Source of the DNA: a virus
Taxonomy: Duplodnaviria > Caudoviricetes
Strand: one strand, 5' to 3'
Length of the DNA stretch: 24,673 bases
IMG/VR virus record: IMGVR_UViG_3300020727_000729
Coordinates: 1-24,673 of that record
Shown: positions 1 through 7,101 of the stretch, piece by piece
How positions within the stretch are numbered: position 1 is the stretch's first letter
How the letters are laid out: each line of letters starts with the position of its first letter
Made by a program: the position numbers and the translations under genes
The notes under the pieces: model-generated
What the model saw: only the letters and a program-made list of their open reading frames with translations
The model's database searches: none
What the model was told of the DNA's origin: nothing

Positions 1-19
1 GTCTAGAGGAAACAAAGTA

Positions 20-919
20 ATGTGTATTGTGATGGGCAAGTATTTTGAAGGCACAGGTTGGGTCGGTCTTAAAAATCGCGATCGCAACTATATTCCGGAA
101 ATTTCCTTCAAAAAGAAAATCACAGGAGGCGTAGAAATACTTTACTTCTGGGATAACATTACTCAATACTGTGAAGGTTTAAATTCTGCAGGCGTAGGTG
201 TGCTTAGTGCTAGTCTTATGGTATTTGATGACGAAAAAGAAATTGAAGTCCGTACCAAAGAACCCAGCAAGGACGGCAAGAAGATCAAAAAAGCCCTTAC
301 TAACACAAGTGTTAAGGAAGTTGTTCAAAGTCTAGTCGATCAGAAACTTCCAGGAAATACTTTGGTATTTGATCGAGAAACAATGGTGCTAATTGAAGGC
401 TGTTGGAAACCAGGCGGATATGCTGACAGAGATTATGCCTGCAAGGTTCGTGAAATTCCCAAAGATCAAACTGTAGTAAGAACTAATCATGGTGTTTGGC
501 TAGAATGGTCAGGATATCAGCGCGGCAAGAGCGACGGTGAAGACCTAAGTCGTATCAGTTCTGAAAGTCGTAAAAAGATCGCAGAATTTGTTGTGGCAAA
601 AGCCAAAGATCCGGAAGATATTCTAGACGGTTTGACTTTAAATTTCACAGGCGACGGGCAGCTAAATGCACTGCGAACTTCTACTAAAACAAAGAAGATG
701 CGTACTACCAGCCAGATCATGATTGTCCCCAAAGAAAAGACCATGTATGTTCGCCCTGTGCAAAGTCATATGAGTTTTAATTTCTGGGAATTAAATCATC
801 CTAAACAACAAACTTGGGTCGAAGTTTTGAGCAATCGTGTGCTATATATGAATCTCAAAGACACTGAACTGAATAATGATCCACCGTTTGATCACAAATT
901 ACATCACGAAACTAGTTGA
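20..919 (+). CDS. Putative N-terminal-nucleophile (Ntn) hydrolase, NRDE/peptidase C45-like
   Basis: Starts M-C-I-V (Cys at position 2, typical Ntn nucleophile) followed by KNRD and a later RTNH motif; AGGA RBS upstream; TGA stop. Confidence 0.55.
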   Translation: MCIVMGKYFEGTGWVGLKNRDRNYIPEISFKKKITGGVEILYFWDNITQYCEGLNSAGVGVLSASLMVFDDEKEIEVRTKEPSKDGKKIKKALTNTSVKEVVQSLVDQKLPGNTLVFDRETMVLIEGCWKPGGYADRDYACKVREIPKDQTVVRTNHGVWLEWSGYQRGKSDGEDLSRISSESRKKIAEFVVAKAKDPEDILDGLTLNFTGDGQLNALRTSTKTKKMRTTSQIMIVPKEKTMYVRPVQSHMSFNFWELNHPKQQTWVEVLSNRVLYMNLKDTELNNDPPFDHKLHHETS

Positions 920-944
920 CACGCCCTGCGTAATCAGTTATAAT
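916..944 (+). promoter_or_regulatory. Perfect-consensus sigma70 promoter upstream of the first tRNA
   Basis: TTGACA (916-921), 17-nt spacer, TATAAT (939-944), 15 nt before the tRNA 5' end. Confidence 0.85.
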
Positions 945-959
945 ATCTGTATATTAAAC

Positions 960-1034
960 GCGCTCGAGGCTGAGTGGTTTCACAAGAGTCTCTAAAGCTC
1001 ATGATTGCGGGTTCGAATCCTGCCGAGCGCGCCA
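960..1034 (+). tRNA. tRNA with CUA anticodon (amber suppressor-type), atypical D arm
   Basis: Acceptor GCGCTCG/CGAGCGC, discriminator G, encoded CCA; T arm GCGGG-TTCGAAT-CCTGC; anticodon arm GAGT-CTCTAAA-GCTC (CTA at 992-994); D stem pairs poorly (GCTG vs CACA) and position 8 is A. Confidence 0.75.
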
Positions 1035-1052
1035 TTTTTTGGATAATTAACG

Positions 1053-1352
1053 GTGAATACTGACGGATTGACACTTATAAGAGTTTGGCGAATAATCGGC
1101 GAGCTTACAATGGACGAAGTTGGTTGGTTGTTCAATAATCAGTATGATGTTCACGTTGAAAGAAATGAAATACATTTTACCACATTAACTGGTTCGCATT
1201 CGCAGGTTACTATGCCCGACGTAACAAAAATTATCGTACGCACATACGGTGATGCTGCTGAAACTATGTTTTGTATGAAATTTAATGACAGAATTCATCT
1301 GTTCAATCAAATTTGGGAATCTAAATTTTACGGTGGTGAAATTGCATTTTAA
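1053..1352 (+). CDS. Hypothetical phage protein between the two tRNAs
   Basis: 99-aa ORF with GTG start (ATG at 1110 is an alternative); contains MFCMKF, similar to the FxL(K/R)(W/F/Y) motif of other small ORFs here. Confidence 0.6.
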   Translation: MNTDGLTLIRVWRIIGELTMDEVGWLFNNQYDVHVERNEIHFTTLTGSHSQVTMPDVTKIIVRTYGDAAETMFCMKFNDRIHLFNQIWESKFYGGEIAF

Positions 1353-1356
1353 GTGT

Positions 1357-1433
1357 GTGCCCGTAGCTCAGCTGGTTAGAGCAGGGGCCTCTAAAACTCC
1401 GGGTCGCGGGTTCAAGTCCCGCCGGGCACACCA
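1357..1433 (+). tRNA. tRNA with CUA anticodon (amber suppressor-type)
   Basis: Canonical cloverleaf: acceptor GTGCCCG/CGGGCAC, discriminator A, CCA; D arm GCTC-AGCTGGTTA-GAGC; anticodon arm GGGGC-CTCTAAA-ACTCC (C.A mismatch at the loop-closing pair); T arm GCGGG-TTCAAGT-CCCGC. Confidence 0.9.
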
Positions 1434-1448
1434 ATTTCGGAGATAAGT

Positions 1449-1541
1449 ATGATTACCGCAGAACAGGCATTTTGGATCACAACGGTATCTTCAATCGTGT
1501 GGTTCCTCTTCGGGATAATTATCGGTAGTGGTAGAAAATAA
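1449..1541 (+). CDS. Small single-pass membrane peptide (30 aa), not in ORF track
   Basis: GGAG RBS at 1439-1442; MITAEQAFWITTVSSIVWFLFGIIIGSGRK, a hydrophobic helix with basic tail; TAA stop. Confidence 0.6.
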   Translation: MITAEQAFWITTVSSIVWFLFGIIIGSGRK

Positions 1542-1543
1542 GA

Positions 1544-1723
1544 ATGTGGATTTATCTAGGATTAGCACTTTATAATTTGGCCCTAGGTGCCGGCGCTGTC
1601 CATCTTCATCATAAGCTGTCAGCCAAGGGTAAGACAGGCTGGGCAAGATTTTGGTTGGCATTTTTGCCACTTAACATTGTAATGATCATCTATAATTTAT
1701 ACAAGGCATTTTTGTTGTTATAA
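1544..1723 (+). CDS. Small two-helix membrane protein (59 aa), not in ORF track
   Basis: MWIYLGLALYNLALGAGAVHLHHKLSAKGKTGWARFWLAFLPLNIVMIIYNLYKAFLLL; fills the gap with 2-nt spacing to both neighbours. Confidence 0.65.
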   Translation: MWIYLGLALYNLALGAGAVHLHHKLSAKGKTGWARFWLAFLPLNIVMIIYNLYKAFLLL

Positions 1724-1725
1724 TT

Positions 1726-2310
1726 ATGGCAGGTTATGTATACTTTATTGGATCTCCTACTTTTAGATGGTATAAAATAGGAAAATCTAAAACTCCCGAA
1801 ATACGAGTCACTGACTTAGGGATACTTCTTCCATTCAAAATATCGGTACAAGCTGTATGGAAAGCTGCCGATCATCATACTATGGAAAAATTACTACATT
1901 CAAAATTTGAATCTAATCGAATTAATGGAGAATGGTTTGAATTTACTAGAGATGAAGCTAGATCTTTGATAGAAACAATTCCGATAGAAGCTAATGTCTT
2001 CTTATCTGAAGAACACAAATTGAGAAAATTTTCTAACGTAGAAGCTGATACTATAAATGGAAAGAGAGTATTAGGCCCGCGAATACAAAAAATGAGAGGA
2101 GACTTCACACCCGAAGAAAGGGACGCAATCAGAAAAGAACGAATGGATCAAAAAAGAGAATTTAAAAGACTCGGGTTAACAGGCACAGGAAATAAAAAAA
2201 CTAACTTAATTTGTAGTTCCTGTCAACGAAAAAACATCGACCCCTCCAATTTTTGTTCTAATTGTGGAACTTCTTTACAAGAGTCAGATAATAACAATTC
2301 AGTAATATGA
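1726..2310 (+). CDS. GIY-YIG superfamily nuclease (T5orf172/MUG113-like) with C-terminal zinc ribbon
   Basis: GYVYFI...YKIGKS...R...EKLLH...RINGEWF signature; C-terminal CxxC...FCxxCGT. Confidence 0.8.
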   Translation: MAGYVYFIGSPTFRWYKIGKSKTPEIRVTDLGILLPFKISVQAVWKAADHHTMEKLLHSKFESNRINGEWFEFTRDEARSLIETIPIEANVFLSEEHKLRKFSNVEADTINGKRVLGPRIQKMRGDFTPEERDAIRKERMDQKREFKRLGLTGTGNKKTNLICSSCQRKNIDPSNFCSNCGTSLQESDNNNSVI

Positions 2311-2399
2311 TTAATAAATAATTTTGTGAAACATTCGGTTTCACCCTACCGTGCATTGTAAATTGGGGCCTAGCATGGAGCCCGTTTAAAGGAAATAAC

Positions 2400-3239
2400 A
2401 TGATGTATAGCAATAGAGCCGCCATCGCGGTAAAAGTCAACGGCAAGGTCCTCCGTGAATTCAAGGACACAGTCTATATTCCATTCGGTAGCGAATATAG
2501 CATTCTAATCAAAAATCTAAACACCAAGCGTGGTATCTTCCATGTATTTCTCGACGGCGATGACGTTGTGCCTAATGGCCTTGTTCTTAACGCAGGTCAG
2601 GAAGTTGATCTCGAGCGTTGGATCAAAAATGGTAACCTAAGCGAAGGCAACCGTTTCAAGTTTATTGAGAGAACTGGCGCTATTGAAGATCACCGTGGCA
2701 TTAAGCTAGAAGATGGATTAATCCGCGTTGAATTCCAATTTGAACGAGATTACCCGAAACCCTACTATCCGAATTATCACTACAATAACGGTCTTACTTG
2801 GACTGATCCGACCTATTGGGATCACAACACACTCTTGCGTTCAGTTGCATCTGGTCAAGTTGCTAAAGGTATGGCTACATCTGCAATGAATGCTGCAACT
2901 CATCAACATCCTGGTGTTGCATGTTCTTCGATGAGTGCAGGTGCATCACTTAACAATATGGTTGTTGGTTCTGCACAGAGTTTTGCTCAGAATGATGTAG
3001 GCATTACTGTTCCAGGCAGCAAGAGCGAACAGAAGTTCACAACTGTAAGCAATTTTGCTGTTGAGTCTGAAAAGCACAGTATGATACTCAAACTACTGGG
3101 CGAAACTGAAGACAACAAGCCGGTTATTGCTCCGGTAACAGTTCATACCAAGGTGCAATGCACTACATGTAATCGAAAGAACAAAACATCTGCTAGGTTT
3201 TGTTCATCGTGTGGTACATCATTGACTATCTATGCGTGA
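2400..3239 (+). CDS. Hypothetical phage protein with C-terminal zinc ribbon
   Basis: 279-aa ORF, AAAGGA RBS, beta-rich N-terminus, low-complexity Ala/Ser linker, C-terminal CTTC...FCSSCGTSL; ATAAATA box at 2314-2320. Confidence 0.8.
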   Translation: MMYSNRAAIAVKVNGKVLREFKDTVYIPFGSEYSILIKNLNTKRGIFHVFLDGDDVVPNGLVLNAGQEVDLERWIKNGNLSEGNRFKFIERTGAIEDHRGIKLEDGLIRVEFQFERDYPKPYYPNYHYNNGLTWTDPTYWDHNTLLRSVASGQVAKGMATSAMNAATHQHPGVACSSMSAGASLNNMVVGSAQSFAQNDVGITVPGSKSEQKFTTVSNFAVESEKHSMILKLLGETEDNKPVIAPVTVHTKVQCTTCNRKNKTSARFCSSCGTSLTIYA

Positions 3240-3890
3240 TTTGCATTTATCACCGTGACTTCTAGCATAGTTTGCTGGATCACGAACCGCATTACAGTGA
3301 GGGCAAGTTTTGGTACTTGCCCTCCATTTTTTTAGATTTTCTAGATGTTCATCTGTAAAATGTCGGCCTTTTAATTTTTCAGATCGTTTTAGATTAGATT
3401 CTTCTGATTGTGTTTTTCCAAGCCTATTTTTATTTCCAACGCTCCATTTGTTGCCCATTGCCGCTTGTCTCATTTTTTCTTTAGATTCTTCGGATCTGGG
3501 TTTCATTACTTGTGATTTACGAGCTTCTCGTATTTTTTGTTTGGTTTCTTCAGTTAACGGAGCGCGTTTTTTGCCAGTTTGTCGCATTTTTTGTTTCTGA
3601 ATAGTTTCTTCTGTATGTCTATAACCACTAACTCCGTCACCACCATCAGTTTTGTTAATCAAAATTCCAGTTTTATTGTCTTTTCTTCCATACCATCGAA
3701 TCATTCTTCTTTCTAGAGACAACGCACCAACTTCGGTTAAATTGGTTTCGAGAAACACTATTCTTTTTTTGTCTTTTGGTGGTTTATGATAATAATGATC
3801 CTGAAAGGCACGATCTTCTTTACCCTTACCGATATAATAAGGTGAGCCGTCAGTTCTTAGATAAGCGTAAACATAAAATTGTAAATACAT
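3219..3890 (-). CDS. Free-standing homing endonuclease, GIY-YIG-like with NUMOD3 repeats
   Basis: FYVYAYLR...PYYIGKG...R; [10 protein letters not shown] linker; repeated [31 protein letters not shown]3-like motifs; C-terminal CPHC...HGDKCK. Confidence 0.8.
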   Translation of the reverse strand: MYLQFYVYAYLRTDGSPYYIGKGKEDRAFQDHYYHKPPKDKKRIVFLETNLTEVGALSLERRMIRWYGRKDNKTGILINKTDGGDGVSGYRHTEETIQKQKMRQTGKKRAPLTEETKQKIREARKSQVMKPRSEESKEKMRQAAMGNKWSVGNKNRLGKTQSEESNLKRSEKLKGRHFTDEHLENLKKWRASTKTCPHCNAVRDPANYARSHGDKCKSRIDSQ

Positions 3891-3960
3891 TTGCTGGTAC
3901 TCCTCGATAGCATTAGAGTAGTTGGATATTGCTAGTATCGCGAACTACACTATTATTTAT
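3891..3960 (-). promoter_or_regulatory. Conserved structured leader, copy 1 (late-promoter box, hairpin, RBS hairpin)
   Basis: Sense: ATAAATA-atagt-GTAGTT-CGC-GATA-ctagcaa-TATC-C-AACTAC-TCTAA-TGCT-atcgagg-AGTA-ccagcaa-ATG; same layout as copies at 12647-12718 and 14135-14205. Confidence 0.7.
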
Positions 3961-4018
3961 CCAAAATGTAATACTTGTGGTAAAACAATGCACTGATAGT
4001 TCATCGCATAAATACTCG

Positions 4019-4231
4019 ATGCGAATTAGTGAAATACTTAACGAATTGAGTTTTAAGGGCAGTCAATGCACCAAGGATTGCAGTGGTCACCTTGCAGGAT
4101 ATGCATGGACCATGCGAAACAAAGGTAAGAAGCAGGCTAATGCTCGTAGTGCTAGTTTTAACAAAGGCAGTAAAATTGCCAATGACGAACTAAAAACACA
4201 CACTATCACGGCTCCGACTGTTGAGAAATAA
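4019..4231 (+). CDS. Small hypothetical phage protein (CTKDCSGHxAGYxW motif), likely leaderless late gene
   Basis: Likely start is MRISEI at 4019, 4 nt after an ATAAATA box (4008-4014); the track start at 3929 runs through the neighbouring leader element. Confidence 0.65.
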   Translation: MRISEILNELSFKGSQCTKDCSGHLAGYAWTMRNKGKKQANARSASFNKGSKIANDELKTHTITAPTVEK

Positions 4232-4236
4232 TTCAC

Positions 4237-4265
4237 TTGTAATCATCAAAAATTAAAAGTATAAT
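4237..4265 (+). promoter_or_regulatory. sigma70-type promoter
   Basis: TTGTAA, 17 nt, TATAAT upstream of the AAAGGA RBS of ORF 4299. Confidence 0.6.
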
Positions 4266-4298
4266 ACGCTCATAGTAACACTATCAAAGGAAGTTATC

Positions 4299-4769
4299 AT
4301 GAGCGTATTAGAAACCTTGACAAAAACCAGCCTCGAACTGCGTAAGAATCGTGACGAACTTGCAAAGTCACTGAGTGTGGTTGTAAGCTCAGCCAATCAG
4401 ATCGCCAAAGATCGCGCAGAGGACAAGGGTAACTTTACTGTTACCGACGACGATGCCATTCAGGCGATTCGCCGTGCTGTAAAGCAGACCGAAGATACAA
4501 TTTCAATTCTGTCTGCAAACAATGGCGAAGACGGTGAGCTGTATGTGCGCTCTTGTCGTGAACTTACTGTTCTAAAGAACATGCTGCCACAGAGTCCCGA
4601 TGCTAGGACAATTAGCCGTTTCGTGCAGGATTACCTTGTGTATTCTAACACTGAACGCAACATCAAGGCAATGGGTCCGATCATGAAGTCGCTGGGCGAA
4701 CAGTACGGTTCTGCGCTGGATCGCAGCATGGCCTCGCAGATTGTTCGTATTGAACTGGTGGAAGGTTGA
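4299..4769 (+). CDS. GatB/YqeY-domain protein (putative tRNA binding)
   Basis: All-helical 156 aa; TDDDAIQAIRRAVKQ, ELTVLKNMLPQ and KAMGPIMKSL...DRSMASQIVR match the YqeY pattern. Confidence 0.7.
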   Translation: MSVLETLTKTSLELRKNRDELAKSLSVVVSSANQIAKDRAEDKGNFTVTDDDAIQAIRRAVKQTEDTISILSANNGEDGELYVRSCRELTVLKNMLPQSPDARTISRFVQDYLVYSNTERNIKAMGPIMKSLGEQYGSALDRSMASQIVRIELVEG

Positions 4770-4771
4770 TC

Positions 4772-5011
4772 GTGGCATACTGGGACCGTACTAAGAACAA
4801 CCGGCTTAAGAAGCCAAATGGCGTAAAGCTCAATTACATGATGTTTGCTGATGATGACAGTAATCCGAACAAGATTACTATGTATGGTCAGCCGTTCCCT
4901 AAAATGGGAGACTACGTGTTTGTAGGCAATACGCCCAGTGGCGGAACTGTTGGCAAGGTGCTGAGTTACAAGTATGGATATGATTGTCAAGCAGTGCTTG
5001 CAGATTCTTGA
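4772..5011 (+). CDS. Hypothetical protein, possibly 3'-truncated
   Basis: Phage-like codon usage from GTG at 4772 up to about 4982; the last codons run out of frame over the NAMPT remnant. Confidence 0.5.
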   Translation: MAYWDRTKNNRLKKPNGVKLNYMMFADDDSNPNKITMYGQPFPKMGDYVFVGNTPSGGTVGKVLSYKYGYDCQAVLADS

Positions 5012-5456
5012 CAAGTACTTTGGTCACACCGTCAATGACAAGGGCTTCAAGGTCCTGAACAATGTTCGTGTGTTGCAGGGTGATGGTATCAATCACGCAA
5101 GCATTCGCAGCATTCTCTACACTATCACGCTTACTGGCTACAGTGCTGACAACGTGGTGTTTGGTCAGGGCGGTGCATTGCTCCAGATTGTGAACAGGGA
5201 TGATCAGAAGTTTGCTATGAAGTGCAGTGCTGCACTTGTTAATGGTGAATGGATTGATGTCTTCAAGGACCCGATCACTGACAAAGGCAAGCAGAGCAAG
5301 AAGGGTCGTGTCACGCTATATAACGATGGCAATGGCAATTTCTTTAGCGATGTTATCAACAAAGACTATGCCGATGAACTGGTCACGGTGTTTGAAAACG
5401 GCAAGCTCGTTAAGGAATACACCTTTGACGAAGTTCGTGCAAACGCTAAGATTTAA
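4974..5456 (+). pseudogene. nadV: C-terminal fragment of nicotinamide phosphoribosyltransferase (NAMPT/NadV)
   Basis: FGHTVNDKGFKVL-NNVRVLQGDGI, FGQGGALLQ.VNRD..KFAMKCSA, VFKDPITDKGKQSKKGR and LVTVFENGKL..EYTFDEVR are NAMPT C-terminal motifs; roughly the first two-thirds, including RPDSG, is absent. Confidence 0.8.
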
Positions 5457-5468
5457 GGGGAAAACACT

Positions 5469-5666
5469 ATGAGTGAATTTAAGAGAGAGTGGAGATATAT
5501 TGTCGTAAAACGCAAGCATATTACCGCAGAACAAGAGATTCAGCTTATGGCGTTGATCAATAGCTTTAATCTCCCTGAGTTTGAAGCAGCGGTAGTGGAA
5601 TCAGATTGGCCCGAATATGAAATTGTTTGGGATATGATTGAGAAACGAGTTAACGAAAAGATTTAA
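5469..5666 (+). CDS. Hypothetical phage protein
   Basis: 65-aa ORF with AGGGG RBS; RYIVVK...VVESDWPEYE.VW.MIE pattern. Confidence 0.7.
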   Translation: MSEFKREWRYIVVKRKHITAEQEIQLMALINSFNLPEFEAAVVESDWPEYEIVWDMIEKRVNEKI

Positions 5667-5688
5667 TTTTTGCAGTGCAGCATTTTTG

Positions 5689-5717
5689 TTGACTAAATAG
5701 TCGCGTGATTGTATAAT
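5689..5717 (+). promoter_or_regulatory. sigma70-type promoter
   Basis: TTGACT, 17 nt, TATAAT. Confidence 0.75.
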
Positions 5718-5748
5718 TCAATCACTTACACACAGAAGGAGATAAAAA

Positions 5749-5862
5749 ATGTACAACAGCCGATCCGATCAGACTGATCGCCTAGTGTTAGTATCGCGCT
5801 CACTAGCTACAGTAGTTACTGCACTTTGCGTATTCATGTTTTACGCAGTGCTTGCACTCTAA
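5749..5862 (+). CDS. Small membrane peptide (37 aa), not in ORF track
   Basis: Strong AAGGAG RBS; MYNSRSDQTDRLVLVSRSLATVVTALCVFMFYAVLAL; has its own promoter and a downstream hairpin. Confidence 0.65.
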   Translation: MYNSRSDQTDRLVLVSRSLATVVTALCVFMFYAVLAL

Positions 5863-5881
5863 ATTACTGAAAATTCCAACC

Positions 5882-5918
5882 AGCCACTGTGTTAATTTAA
5901 TAGTTTAACACAGTGGCT
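5882..5918 (+). terminator. 14-bp perfect inverted repeat, probable terminator
   Basis: AGCCACTGTGTTAA, 9-nt loop, TTAACACAGTGGCT, followed by only a weak T-rich tail (TAACTTT). Confidence 0.55.
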
Positions 5919-5937
5919 TAACTTTAAAAAATTCCAA

Positions 5938-5966
5938 TTGACTTAATTCTACAATCTCTATATACT
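5938..5966 (+). promoter_or_regulatory. sigma70-type promoter for the AAA ATPase
   Basis: TTGACT, 17 nt, TATACT. Confidence 0.7.
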
Positions 5967-6000
5967 ACACACATTAGCAACACACAGTAAGGATTAAACA

Positions 6001-7074
6001 ATGACGTACTATATGAAGTCGGGCAATACCTTTCGCGTTTCTTCCAAGGAAGCAATGGATCTTCACGAAACGCTGCCTGCGGGCAACTACGTGATCAAGG
6101 AAGATATGTTCAAGAATCTTTTCCTTGAGAAGATTGAAGATTTTGAAATTTCTACCAAGCTCTACGGTGACACTACTCGTCACACTGATCGTATCTATTC
6201 CACTTTCATGTCGCGTGATGCTAGCACCGGTGTGTTGCTCAACGGCGAAAAGGGTTCGGGCAAATCGCTGCTTGCAAAGAATCTTGTAGTTGAAGCTGCT
6301 AAGAACGGTGTTCCTACCATTGTTATCAATCAGCCTTGGGTCGGCGACAGCTTTAACAGCTTGATTCAGAGCATTGAACAGCCTTGTGTTGTGCTTTTTG
6401 ACGAATTCGAAAAGGTCTATGACAAGGACGATCAGGAACAGATGCTGACGCTGCTTGACGGTGTTTTTCCTTCCAAGAAGCTGTTCATCCTTACCTGCAA
6501 TGACAAGTGGCGTATTGATAGTCACATGCGTAACCGTCCGGGCCGTATCTTTTACATGATCGACTTCAAGGGACTTGATGCAGACTTCATTCGTGAATAC
6601 TGCGAAGACCGCCTTAACAACAAGTCGCACATTGAGCGAATCATTCAGATTACTGGTACGTTTTCGGCCTTCAACTTTGACATGCTTAAGGCACTTGTTG
6701 AAGAAATGAATCGTTACGATGAATCGCCGCAGGATGCTATGAAGCTGCTGAATGCCAAGCCTGAGTACAGCGAAGAATGCAAGTACAAGGTTCATCTCAG
6801 CCTCAACAACGAGGTTGTTGAATCCGACGATATTAATGATCAGGAATGGCGTGGTAACCCGCTTAACGGCAAGGTTCACATCAACTACAAGGTTTGGGAA
6901 AAGGACGACGAAGGCGACGAAGATTACGAGTGGCGCCAGGCTCGTTTCGACACCACTGACCTTAAGAAGATCGAAGGTGATGGTACGCGATTCATGTTTG
7001 AAAATGAAAGCGGCACCAAGGCCATGCTGGTCAAGATCAAGGAAAAGAGCTACAGTGTTTGGGATGCTCTTTGA
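6001..7074 (+). CDS. AAA+ ATPase
   Basis: Walker A GEKGSGKS, Walker B VVLFDEFEK, sensor LTCN, arginine finger RNRPGR; AAGGA RBS. Confidence 0.9.
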   Translation: MTYYMKSGNTFRVSSKEAMDLHETLPAGNYVIKEDMFKNLFLEKIEDFEISTKLYGDTTRHTDRIYSTFMSRDASTGVLLNGEKGSGKSLLAKNLVVEAAKNGVPTIVINQPWVGDSFNSLIQSIEQPCVVLFDEFEKVYDKDDQEQMLTLLDGVFPSKKLFILTCNDKWRIDSHMRNRPGRIFYMIDFKGLDADFIREYCEDRLNNKSHIERIIQITGTFSAFNFDMLKALVEEMNRYDESPQDAMKLLNAKPEYSEECKYKVHLSLNNEVVESDDINDQEWRGNPLNGKVHINYKVWEKDDEGDEDYEWRQARFDTTDLKKIEGDGTRFMFENESGTKAMLVKIKEKSYSVWDAL

Positions 7075-7101
7075 GCATCCCATCCTTGAAAGGTTAGAAT
7101 T

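Noticed and set aside
960-1433. Reading the tRNAs as tRNA-Arg(UCU) or tRNA-Pyl
   Set aside because: Centring TCT in a 7-nt loop breaks the anticodon stems and removes U33. tRNA-Pyl lacks the TTC and D-loop GG and has a 6-bp anticodon stem, unlike these; no pyl genes are present.
4960-5011. Programmed frameshift joining the 4772 ORF to NAMPT
   Set aside because: No slippery sequence, and the upstream ORF does not resemble the NAMPT N-terminus and is far too short to replace it.
5870-5937. MITE-like insertion (hairpin with 10-nt flanking direct repeats)
   Set aside because: Single copy, the repeats are AT-rich and not flush with the stem, and a terminator explains the hairpin.
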